From Cycas panzhihuaensis (Eukaryota; Plantae; Cycadophyta): 64,000 bases of DNA. The notes under the pieces were generated by a model. It ran no database searches and was not told where the DNA came from. It saw nothing but the letters and a program-made list of their open reading frames with translations. The stretch is from the NCBI GenBank assembly GCA_023213395.1, contig CM041465.1:246643741-246707740 (forward strand), read 5' to 3'. Shown piece by piece: positions 53,229-64,000 of the stretch. Every line of letters starts with the position of its first letter. The first letter of the stretch is position 1. Position numbers and translations under genes: made by a program.

Positions 53229-54806
53229 CCTTTACAATGTGAATATGCCTTTTGATTACTTTATTTAAGCTCAAAGTGCTTTACTGGCATTAAACAATGT
53301 GTTAAATGAGCTTAAAAAGACATAAGACAAATGCTGAAAATCAACTTTTTTAGCAACTTTGCCTCATTAGAACACCTCGCAGGGAGTCTTTTTAGGCATT
53401 TAAATCATGCAACATTGAACTTCAATAAGAGGAGAATGACTTAGCATGTGTAATTCGTTGAGTCCTCTATCCATCAAGGAGATTTTAATAAACTTAAGTA
53501 CTAAAAAAGTACTTTAGTAAGCCAAAAAAAACTTTAAAAAAATGAGATTAAATCTCATTAAAAATAGTCTTAAAGCATTTAAGGCTTTAATGATACCTTA
53601 AATCTTGAAATGGCTGAGCCTCATGTAGCATCAAAGAGCATTAAGCCCCCCCCCCGCCTTGCTTAGGAAAAACTCTTAAGGTACAAAAAACCTCTTAATC
53701 CTTGATTAATAAAAAAGTTCTCTTAAAAAAACCTTTAGAGAAATAACCTTTGATTAAAAAGAGAATATGTTTGGCATATGCCAATTTGCATATTCTAAAG
53801 TTATGAAGTCCAAAGAAAAAATTGATTTATATAAAAAATCGAACGCGGACTTTGCGTTTTTGCAGGCGCTGTTCCCGAGATGAATTGTGCGGGCCCCACC
53901 TGCGTGCTACTGGCTATGCTCCTTCGTGCCGTTGCGGGTCCCACCGATTGCTGTGCCAGCCGTGCTGGGTGCGTCTCCCCGTGCATGAGCCGTGCAGGCT
54001 CGTCCAATTTTTGGAAGGTTCCGGAAGGTTCTTCCGCGTCTGCGCAAATATGAGCTTGTGAGACCCGTGCAGGTCTGTCCAGTCGCAGGTCAGTTTCCTC
54101 CCGTGTGCGGGTGTTTTCTCTGTGAGAGTTCCGTCCGTGAGCAAGTGCAGGTCCACATGGTGGAGGCAGCAGTAGGTGCGGGTCTTCTTGTGTGGACAGA
54201 GCAGGGTCTTTCCGTAAGTGCTCTTCAGCAAGAGCTAAAAAAAATCTTGGAGATGCAGCCAAAGTGCAGGGTGCTCTTTAGGAGCAGGGTTCCAGACTTA
54301 AATGCAGGCTTCAGCAGATGTTCCTTCCACAGTAGGTTCTCAGCAAAGGAGGATGGAGTCCCCTTTAACTTATTGCAGTTAAGCAGCCAAAGATGAGGTT
54401 CAATGAGATTAAATTAGGGACAGAGGCAGGGTTAAGTGAGATTAAATCTCCTCATCAAAGATGGATTTAAGGACAGCAAGATTTCAGAATTCTGTGCAAG
54501 ACCTTTCAGTGGCTGGATCTCTCAAAAATGTGGGACAACATTAAATGCAAGCTTAAAGATAGGACAACAATTGTCCAAATTGCCAAGAATGTGATGAGAG
54601 GACAGAATTAAAGCTAAGATGGACCAAGAAATGATAGAGTTAAATGGAGAAATCACCCATGAAAAATTCCAAGAAATGGACCAAGAAGGGACAGAATTAA
54701 ATGCTGAAATTACCCATGCATCTGTCTCCAAGAATGTGCTAAGAAAGCTTCAAGACAACAACAAACTTAGGTAAATTCACTAAATCAAAGCTCAAACAAC
54801 CATAGA

Positions 54807-54818
54807 GCTCTGATACCA
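54807..54818 (-). other. PBS (tRNA-iMet) of Copia D
   Basis: Reverse complement reads TGGTATCAGAGC, 2 nt from the LTR. Confidence 0.95.
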
Positions 54819-54820
54819 AT

Positions 54821-55415
54821 TGTTAGAATGGGCTTTAAGCCACATATAGGTCCAAGATCTTTAATGAAAGCACAATACCATAAATGTATTAAGCATAAGT
54901 AACAAAGAACTTTAAGGAATTCAAAGAATTCAAAGGACTCAAAGAGAAATAGGAGCAAGAACACAATACCCAAGATGAGGTGTTGGAATTAGTCCAACAA
55001 CCAAAGAATGCCTTTAACTTGATTAGCAAACTGATAGAATAACAATGAGCTCCAACTCTTGAATGAGCAACAATGAGGAATAGGTCTCATTATATAGAGT
55101 GAGATGAGAGACCTAAGGCCTTGGATGTTTGACTAGTGTCAAACATCTAAGATACATGCCTTGGATGATTGACATGTGTCTTTTTGGAAGCTCTTTGTGT
55201 GAGCAAAAATGCAATGGGGTCATTTGACCCTCAAGTTACATAAGTGACAACATTGTGTCACTAGTCATAAAGTGGGTGTGTACTTTATCACTTAAGTGAT
55301 AAAGTCACCCCTAAAGTACAAAAGTGCACATGAGCATTAAAGTGCACACATAATACAAAAATAGAAAGTACATAAGCTTAACATATAAACATAAGGTAAA
55401 CCATGAGGTTTAACA
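54821..55415 (-). repeat. 5' LTR of Copia D
   Basis: TGTTA...TAACA termini. G2 coding sequence resumes at 55416. Confidence 0.88.
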
Positions 55416-58400
55416 GAAACATCATTTGTAACTCTTTCCAGTTTTTAAGAATGGCTTGGTGGGCTAGGTACTAATACCAAGCCTTTCCCCGTAAGGTCAA
55501 TACTAGGTCCTGTTGCCATTGGGTTTTGTCCCAATTCCCGTGTTCTATCCAATATTCAACACAATGAGTTAGGTGGGTAGTCCCATATAACTGCTCTCCG
55601 TAGAATGGCTTAACATGCTTCCCAATGTAAATTTCATGATTTATTTCTTCTGGGATAATAACTCTATTGTCTAGACCAGAGTCTCTAGAAGTACTTACCA
55701 GTGATTCTCCTTCCATTTTCCTGGTTTTGGTGCCAATCATTGGAAGGGATCGATCGGGTGGGTATACTTCTAAGGAAGAGGAGGAAGGAGTGTTACTTCC
55801 TTCCTCGGGTTGTACTAAGGGGGGGGGGGGGGTAGGGAATCTACCTCAGGACCCACGCCTGATATAGAAGGGATGTCGGGGTTAGTATTAGCTACTATAA
55901 AACTATGAAAAATATTAGGTAAGCTAGGGGGTTGTTGGTCTAGTTTGCTGTCATCCCTTAAACTATCAGTAATCATTATATACTCAAAAGAATCTAAATT
56001 ATCATCAATGTCTTTAGTTACACATTTGGATAATAAATTACATGTATGAGAAGAGGAGTTTACTTCATAGGCATCCTGCAGCTAATAATCCACTAATCTC
56101 ATTCTGTGTTCGTCATCCGAAGAGTTGTATATTTCTCCGAAATAGGTCGGTTCTTCTTCTTGATAGTTGGTCGATGTCGTGGGCTCTTCCGCAGTATGAT
56201 AGAGGTTTCTTTCCTCGAGGAAAGATGATGTTGTTTTGCTTGTGACAGTCGTGTTGGATCCTTCATCTGATATCATTTCGATGGAATTCCTTCCCAACAT
56301 TGGTAATACTACTTTGTTTCCATTATCCGTTAAGGTGAAGGTCACGCTTTTCCAATTTTGGAGGCATTGCATCTTGTATAGCCATGGCCTCCCCAAGAGT
56401 GCTGGATAGGGCGTTGCCCCTTTTTCTGTTTCCGCGATTGTGAAATCAATTTTTACCACAATCCCTGCCACATCTACCTTGATGTTGGCTAATCTTCCCA
56501 TAGGTCGTACTAATAATTCGTTGGCCAATTTCAACGAATATGTTGCTGCTTCTAACTTTGGGCTTCCCAGTTTCCGCCATGTCGAAGCTGGTAATACGTT
56601 GACAGTCGCGTCTCCATCAACAATTACTTTTGGGAATGTTTTTTTCAGTACCATCATAGTTATCATTGGATCCATATCGAATGATAGCATTATTTGCTTT
56701 AAACTCTTTGTAATTCCACGTTGTAGTACTCCTCCTTTAATCCAATCAATGACTTGGCATAAGGGGATGGTCAATTGTAGTTGTTTGACCAAATTCTCCA
56801 TCAACAACAGCATTCTCGGAATGTCTTCCACTGGTAATCCTTTAAATAGTTCTTCCAAATGCACCATCTGAGGTTGCCCCTTTGGCTCTTCTGGTATGTT
56901 CTCTTTTTCTTTCTGCTTATCTTTCTATACGTATACGTATTTGGTTTCTGGTTTTCCCATTGGTAATGTATTTTCTTCTCGAGTTAAGCCATCCTACACT
57001 TGTTTTGCTTTTTTAAATCGATCCATTTCTGTTTGCGGACCGGGTATCTTTTGTTTTGTTTCTCCTTCTGCTTATTCTGGAGTTTTACGTTTTTAGTTTC
57101 TGGTATAATCGTCATTAAGTTGGTGGCTTTGGCCTTCCCTTTACAATCCTCCGTCTTATGGTCACTTGGGCCGTAGTTGTTACATATGAACAGTTTCTGT
57201 TCGTATTCCTGCTTAGTTGGGCATTTTGACTTCCAGCGCTCAAATTGCAAACAGATGAGGCATCTACCCATTGGTGGTTTCTTTCTCGAGGGCTTTTGTG
57301 TGCCCCTCGTTGTATAAACATTTCGAGGTGGGTTGCCTCCCCTTCCCCTACCTCATCCTCTGTAGGCTTTCCCTCTGGGATTGTAGAAACAATCCTTAGT
57401 CATATGCGTATCTACCTCGCATATGTGGCACCATTTGTCTTGTTGGTGCAACGCACTATTTTTTAGATTCAATTTGCATTCTTTAGTTGTATGTGAATTC
57501 TCTTCACAGATATGGCACCATTTGGTTATCCTCTTGGCATGGTCTTTCTTTTTCGTCATTTCTTCTTCTTCTCTGCTATTTCTGATTTTTAGCCCAGCCA
57601 CTTCTTTTCTTAAGGCTTTCAATTCCGATTCCTCTTCTGTTATTCCCACCTGGCAGAAGGGTCGGTTATACTGATTTTGCTTGAGTTCCCTAATCTCCTC
57701 TTGCAATCTTAATAGTAGGGAGTCATGTCCTCCTGCCTGTGCATCCATCTCCATGTCAAAATCCAATGTTAAATCTTGGGCATTTTTAAACGATTTCAAC
57801 GGATGGGCATGCATCATAGCTCTCAGTTTTTCATTCAATCCTCTCACAAAATAGTTCTTCGTGTTGTGGTCGATCGCTTTCGTTAATCATACTGGCCGTG
57901 ATGATTTTCATTCTGCTGATATAAGTTAGCACTGATTCTCCTACTTTGTTAAATTTCCTCAAGGCGATTTCCATCGCTCACATTACTTTAACTTCTGAAA
58001 TCTTTCTTCGAAGGATTTCTTGATCGTTGCCCATGAATCATTCTTGTTTATTTCTTTGTACAATGCCAATGGTACTCCCCTTAGTGTGCAGGCGAATCTG
58101 GCTTTTATTTCATCCTCGTCTGTAATCTTTTTCACATCAATCAGATTTTGAAAGAAGTATACGTGTTCTGCTGCGTCTGAAGTGTCATTGAAAATCAACT
58201 TTCCAAAATCTCTGTAATCATCCATCTTGGGGGATTGCAACGGTGTCCCACCTGGTGGTGATTCTTCCCTTTTCTCCTCCTTCGGAGATGCACTTGGAGT
58301 GCCTACTACTGTATTATCCTTCCCAAACAACGGATTCTTAAATGGAGTTTTGATATGTATAGGTTCTACTACACCTGGCACTTGTATAGTTAACGGTGTC

Positions 58401-58879
58401 ACTATAATATATGATTGATCAGATCCCTTTTCTGATGAATCTTCAAAAAGCTGTCTTGTGAGCTTATTTTCCTAATTTGTCGAGGGACCTTCCTCCGCCT
58501 TCTTTTCGCTGTCACTTAGGTCCTTCAGACTGTCCTCCATAGGTATACTTCCCTCTTTTAAGGTTTCTTGATGCTTTTCATCCACCTTTGGTTTTCCTTC
58601 AAATTCTAGGCTAAACAAATCATCTTTGATTGGGGTTGGTGTTAATACCATACGTTCGCCATTAGTTCCCTCTTCTTGTTCTTGAGGTGTCTGGGCTCCA
58701 CTTGCCTCAGATCCTTCAACGGACTGTCCCTTAGTCTCGTTATTTTGCGAATTTAATCTCCTCGCCCTTCTCAGTTTTGATTCCTTCGACCATCTTAATG
58801 CCCTTTGTCTGCTGGTTTCCTTCTCTATACCAGTAACCTTTTGTGGCTCTTCTGACCTTGAAGGCCTCTTAGGTGGCAT
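55416..58879 (-). pseudogene. gag: G2 gag, zinc knuckles, protease and linker
   Basis: MPPKRPSR start; FACTLRG..WATIKKSFEERF; CCHC knuckles; VIVDGDATVNVL and LLGRPWL protease motifs. Confidence 0.92.
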
Positions 58880-59006
58880 TGGAAGGCCCCCTGGCTATCG
58901 GTGGCTTAGTTACAGCCTGCCATCACGATGGCAGCCAGGGTCCTCTGCCCTTTACACATTCCTTTCTTTGAAACTCTTGGGCCCTGTCCCTCCTCAACGG
59001 ACGTAA

Positions 59007-59018
59007 GCAACGGAACCA
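59007..59018 (-). other. PBS of G2, complementary to the tRNA-Glu 3' end (12 nt)
   Basis: Minus strand TGGTTCCGTTGC. Plant cytosolic tRNA-Glu(CTC) ends ...GGCAACGGAA-CCA (recalled). Confidence 0.85.
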
Positions 59019-59019
59019 A

Positions 59020-59847
59020 AGTTGACTGGGGTTGTTCCCACAACACTTGTGGGAACAGTGCACTTGTCAAGGTTACACATGCTATAGTCTAGTTAGGATA
59101 CTGTCAACATGGTTATTCACATACATTTCACAGATTATTCACAGAATTATATCACAATAGTACACAACAGCACAGAAATCAACACATATTCAACACTTCA
59201 TCCTTATAAACACAGAGAATACATAGTTTTCCACGTAACTCTTCTTTCCATTAAGTAATAAGTTCAATTACACAGAGGGCTGGAATGTATTCCTGTGCAT
59301 TCCAAAGAAGATACACTCTTTACATTACATGCGTACCTAGATGGTACTTATCACTAAACACTGCTTCAATCGACTGTCATGCGTGCTGGCATCTGTACCA
59401 TTGTGTACCCTGAATATTCGGCTCTCACCCTAACCGAATGGTCCATGCGTACCTCCTTAAATATGCCTCTTCGTACCTTTTGGCTGAAGTGTTATGACTG
59501 CCTGTCATAACCGTACCCCTTCAGTCATACGTACCCTTTCCTTAATCATTAGTTATATACTTAACTAATGTCTTCATTATGTCCGTACGTCCGCGATGCT
59601 TTCTGGCTTTCCGGCTTCCACCGTCTTGCATCGTGCGTATCGCTTCCATTTAGTTCCGTTCCGCTGCTAGTACGTATCTGTGTTACATACCCGTTCCGGG
59701 TACGCGCCTATCATACGTACCCAAAATGTTGGTTTTTCTACTGTTTTGCCTCGTGTGTACCTTCGTACGGTCCATACCTACACATCTCGGGTTATCCAGC
59801 CTACCTCTGGTCTTCCAACAGCCATATGATCAATTTATGCCCCAACA
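59020..59847 (-). repeat. 5' LTR of G2
   Basis: Matches 43630-44462; the inner terminal base is changed (AGTTGAC). Confidence 0.96.
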
Positions 59848-59852
59848 TCTAG

Positions 59853-60534
59853 CTCTGACATATCCTTGATTTCCAGCATCAGAGACGTGAAGGCCTTGAT
59901 ATAGTCCCTTACCTTCCTTGTCTGTTTCAACTCCGACAGCTTTGTCCTCGCTATCCATACAAAATTCCCAGAACAAAATTGATCCCTCAATGCGGTATTC
60001 AATCCCTCCGAATCGTTAACCTCTACAACGCGTCTTCCAATCGCGCTTTGTCCTCTGCTCTGGCCCTCCACCAAAGCTTAGCACTTCTAGTGAAGTACAT
60101 GGCTGTTGTTCTCACTTGAGCCTCGTCTGAGAGGCCTGGCATGCTTGCTAGGTATTCCTCAACATCCCAGTAGAAATTCTCAAGGACCTTGTTGTCCCTC
60201 GCTCCGTCATAGGCTCCTTGAGTTTGGGCTGAATCTGTTGGGTGTGGCTCCCCCTTATAGCCATGAACAACTTCAAGAGGGCTATGTCTTCTGCCATCCT
60301 GATTTGGGTCTTTATACTTTTACACAACTGTGCTTGCAGTTCCTTCACCTCGGTTTCTAGTGCCTACACTTGTCCCTCCAAGTGATTCACTCCTTGTCGA
60401 GTGCTCTGGCTAGTCACATTCTGGTCGCGTCTTTCGCATGTTCTACCTTCCTCTTGGTAGGATTCTGCATCACTAGCATAAGGGCTTCCTTCATCCTCAC
60501 TGCTTAGGCGTGGCTCATCTTGTTCGTGTGCCAT
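59853..60534 (-). pseudogene. gag: Outermost gag unit of the array (5' part)
   Basis: Begins ATGGCACACGAACAAGATGAGCCACGC (MAHEQDEPR) and joins 43629 when G2 is removed. Confidence 0.9.
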
Positions 60535-60537
60535 GGG

Positions 60538-62000
60538 GCATGCATCGCGGTAAGAACCCCTTAATACAAACTTGAAAGCTATAGGTTTGAAAAAGGTGTT
60601 TTGATTTTAAATTAGCTAGTATCTTTTCTATTGTTTTCACAACATATTCCCATATCTCTATCATAGAGTTTTGAAACCTAAATAGAATGCCCAAGGACTT
60701 AAATAAGTTTCTCTCAATTTAATCCAACTGCACTCATATTATGAGTGCCAATCAAGAATGCCTTTAGGGGATTAAAGGTAGCATGTTGTCTTTTTGAGAC
60801 CAAATGAAAGGTTTGGATAATCTTGAGGATTTGGGCTATGCACTTAAGTTTAGCTTTGCTAGTGAGAAATGAATCATCAATAAAGTGGCCATTAATGATA
60901 TGTGTTTCCATACCTTTGGCGAGATAAATGCCTTTTATAAGTTGTTGGTTGACTCTACTTTGAATTAGATATCCCATAGCACCAACAATAAAGGCATACA
61001 ATGTTGGGGCCAGAGGCATTATTGTGTAATATTTTTATTGGATAATTGGTCCATCCATTGAGGGAAATATTGACTAAAGCTTTAGCAAAGAGAACTTGCA
61101 TGATTTTGAAATATTCCCTCCCTAACCCTAAAAGTAGTAAGGATGGAGGCCCATTCTAGCCCTTATCACACAACTAAAAGTTTGTTAAGAACATACTAGC
61201 CTTAATGAAGCTAGTCTACTCAGATTTGGCAATCTCAAGAGGAATATATCTGACTCCCTTGGCAAGGACTATTGCCAAAATCTTGTAGGAGACATTCAAT
61301 AGTGTAATGTGATGTCAATTGGTAATCAATTCGCATTCACCTCCATTGGTAACGAGTTTGATATTGCCTTGATTGATCTTAGTCCTTAATGACCCAGGGA
61401 TAACCACTTCGTTATGGACTTTGAGGAGGGTTAGTGTAGTGTACTCCCAAGTGGCCTTATAGAACTCACATGGGAAACCAACAAGCCTAGGGGCCTTTTC
61501 ATCAGCCATGCAAGGCTATTGTAATCTCCTCCAAATTGAGAGGGACCTAGCTTGCATCCCCCCCTAGACTTGCTTAACTTGGAGGGATTAATTGTAGGCA
61601 TTTTTCCAAAGCCTCGTTTGTTTCTTTAGTTGGTTTTAGGGGGCTTTGAAAATTCTTGTGATGTTGGGCCAAAAATTCTTTGGTAATCTCCTCTTGGAAA
61701 GTGAACCTTGCTTTAGTGGTTTTGAGGGTAAGAATATCCTCTAGGGCATGCTTGCATTACAAAGCTTGGAAGAAACTTTTTGAGCACTTATCTCCCTCTT
61801 TAATCTAATGCACTTGTAGGGTTCATTAAAGGGGTCTTCCTCCAAAAGCGATCTAACCTCCACAAGTTTTCTTGTGTTGGTGTTCTCTTTTTTCTTCTTA
61901 AAAAATTTGGTGTTTCTACTCAACTTCTTTGTACCAAATAGTCCAATTAGTATTTTTTAGTGGGAATGGAGAGAAGTGCCAAACTTGTTTGATATTGTTC
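60538..62000 (-). pseudogene. Old LINE ORF2/RT fragment
   Basis: KAPRLVGFPCEFYKATW; ITLLNVSYKILAIVLA; PLAPTLY; FIDDSFL. The right boundary is uncertain. Confidence 0.82.
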
Positions 62001-64000
62001 GAGTACATTATGGACAAGTGATAAGAGATACGAAGCTTAAACATAGACATTTGATATGAGAATTTACCCTCCTTGCAAGAAAGGGCAAAGGTGAAAGGTT
62101 AGTGAACAATCAAAGCAACTTCTCTAGAGACATAAGTAGGCCTACTTGTTTTTGTCATTAGAAATCATGGCTTTATTAGGTCTTTTTAAGACACGATCAT
62201 GCTTGTCTTGAAGATCATACCACATTAACTAAGGATCATGGCTCTCATTCGTTTTATTAGCATTAAGATCATATGAGCTAAGCTTTATTATTTATATGTA
62301 ACCATGCTCTCATTTCTTCTTGGTTCCATTTAAATAGCCTATAGATAACTTTGTCTATGGATGGTTCAATCATTTTGAAAATTTCACATGAACTACGTGA
62401 TGCCTCTAGGAGGTGATTATTAAGCTAGTTCTGAAGGGCATCCTATTTGGTCTAAAAATTGGGCACATGGATGTTGGCAATCCCTAAAATAGCTTATTGC
62501 CAATTTTCACAACTATTCATGGTGTCAAAGCTAACTAAGAATAGCACACCTATTCTTGGGGTCAAAACTAGACATCATTATCTTTTCATCTAGGGATGTC
62601 TTAGTCAAAATGGCTATGACACCTTTAGCTTTAGTGTGCATGGTAGTGAACTACAAGTAATTAGTCCAAATATAAGATAAGTCAAATCTAAAATTACATT
62701 CAATGTAGACACAAAATGTTAATCTTAGTTTTCCATCGTACAATGTTGTATGACTATATGGAAAATGAATTGGTTGACATTTTGATGAATTAAAATGATA
62801 TAAAATTCATTGGAAATTGTTGAAATCAATGAGCATATGGTGTGTACCACCTATTCAATTTAGTGAATTTCAACTGTTGGTGCAAAAATCAAGGTTTGAT
62901 TTAATTTAATATTTGGCTAACATTTAGGAGGAGTGGGGCTTAACTCGCTATGGGAAAAATATTAGCATTAGGCTATCATGTCAATATTTTCCTATAGTAA
63001 GATGAAATGGTCAACTTAAAGTTTGTATGCCACTTAGTTGCTACATTGATTGTGTATTGTTGGGTGGTCAGCCTTGGTGTGACTTCATCAACCTTGGCAA
63101 AGAATTTTGAGGTAAATCTTAGGACCCAGACCAACCCAAGATAGTTCAAATGATGGTAGGGTAAAGGCCCCTATGGCCTCTCTAAAGGAGATTGTTCAAC
63201 CTGTCATAATTTTTTAGGGAGTGAGCATAGAGTCAATCCATCTCCTTTTAGGTGTTAACAGTAATATCTAATTCTAGCTCATTCTTTTCCTTGAATTGAT
63301 TGATGAGCCACATTATGCAGGTTTTTTTTAGAGTTGTATTTCTATTATTGATCTCTCATGTGCAAGAGCATGCATAAGTTGTACCTTGATGTTTTTTTGC
63401 TTTACAACTTTGTTCTTTGCTCACACTTTCATTAATGTGACAGGTGGTCTTATTCTCATCAATTGATTGATGCGTGGAGAGTAGACTGAGCCATTGTATT
63501 CATTTGTGATCTAATGCAGGATTGTTTTTTGTAATCGTTGTGCAATTATGTTTGTGTCATTGCTCTCATTTACTTGTTGAATTTCAGTTTGATTCTCTCA
63601 TATTTCCAACATGGTGTTAGGGCCCATCGTTCATTAAGTGGGATTTTTTTGAGTTTCTTTCATACATTCTAGTTTATTAGTTCGATATTGTTGCAATGTA
63701 GATCTCTATTGATGATTCTTATAGCTTTCAAGTGAACTCACATGAGTTTTATCAGTGGAAAGGGTGTCAATTTTATTATAGGGGACTTTAAATCACTTGT
63801 TTTCGCAAATTCTTATTTGTGAGATTGTTGCAAACAATGTAAGGACCATTTGGCACTTATTTTTTCCTTTTGAACGAATTATTTTGGTTTGAACTTCTTT
63901 GAAAAAGCTAGAGAAATTGCACGATCCTTTAAAACCCTTTCTTGCTCTTAATCTGTAAATTTTGGCTTGTTTTTTTTTCTAATCTTTGTTGCAGATGTGT

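Larger units (their letters stand above)
50005..55415 (-). mobile_element. Ty1/copia element D, 3' half (RT, RH, 3' LTR) deleted, nested in G2
   Basis: LTR 54821-55415 (TGTTA...TAACA), iMet PBS, ~2.4-kb leader, gag-PR-INT. Confidence 0.92.
43630..59847 (-). mobile_element. Ty3/gypsy non-chromovirus G2 (related to G1), near complete, with extra 3' ORF
   Basis: LTRs 43630-44462 and 59020-59847; TSD TCTGG/TCTAG; removing the element restores the gag unit; gag-PR-RT-RH-INT order; no chromodomain seen. Confidence 0.96.

Noticed and set aside
53801-54396. Overlapping 105-153 aa ORFs in the Copia D leader
   Set aside because: Expected in GC-rich DNA; open on both strands with no domain motif.
62000-64000. 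Any feature in the last 2 kb
   Set aside because: AT-rich, no ORF of 60 aa or more in the track, and no repeat or terminal motif recognised.

Overview
Eukaryotic (land-plant-type) heterochromatin with no recognisable host gene. It is a stack of nested, mostly decayed retroelements, with many TGG>TAG/TGA stops and CpG loss that suggest methylation-driven decay. From left to right: (i) a ~1.2-kb imperfect fold-back at the window start, possibly an assembly artefact; (ii) a 5'-truncated Tekay-like chromovirus (pol plus 3.2-kb LTR, 2040-7841); (iii) non-chromovirus Ty3/gypsy G1 (8317-31662, minus, TSD CATGG), which contains Copia B (TSD GATAA), itself containing Copia C and a full-length L1-type LINE with a 12-bp TSD, and G1 also carries a partly inverted Copia fragment; (iv) poorly resolved decayed DNA (31.7-38.6 kb); (v) an old LINE interrupted by a six-copy, gag-only, head-to-head palindromic array flanked by a ~400-bp duplication; (vi) a younger G1 relative, G2 (43630-59847, minus, TSD TCTGG/TCTAG), inserted in that array and carrying a truncated Copia D with a fold-back repair scar. 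The most striking signals are in the G1/G2 family. It has a short tRNA-Glu PBS plus LTR motifs matching the D-arm and anticodon arm of the same tRNA (a candidate multipartite primer-binding system), two extra capsid-like modules between protease and RT, four Gag zinc knuckles and CGTAC motif arrays. All alignments were done by eye and tRNA sequences are recalled from memory.
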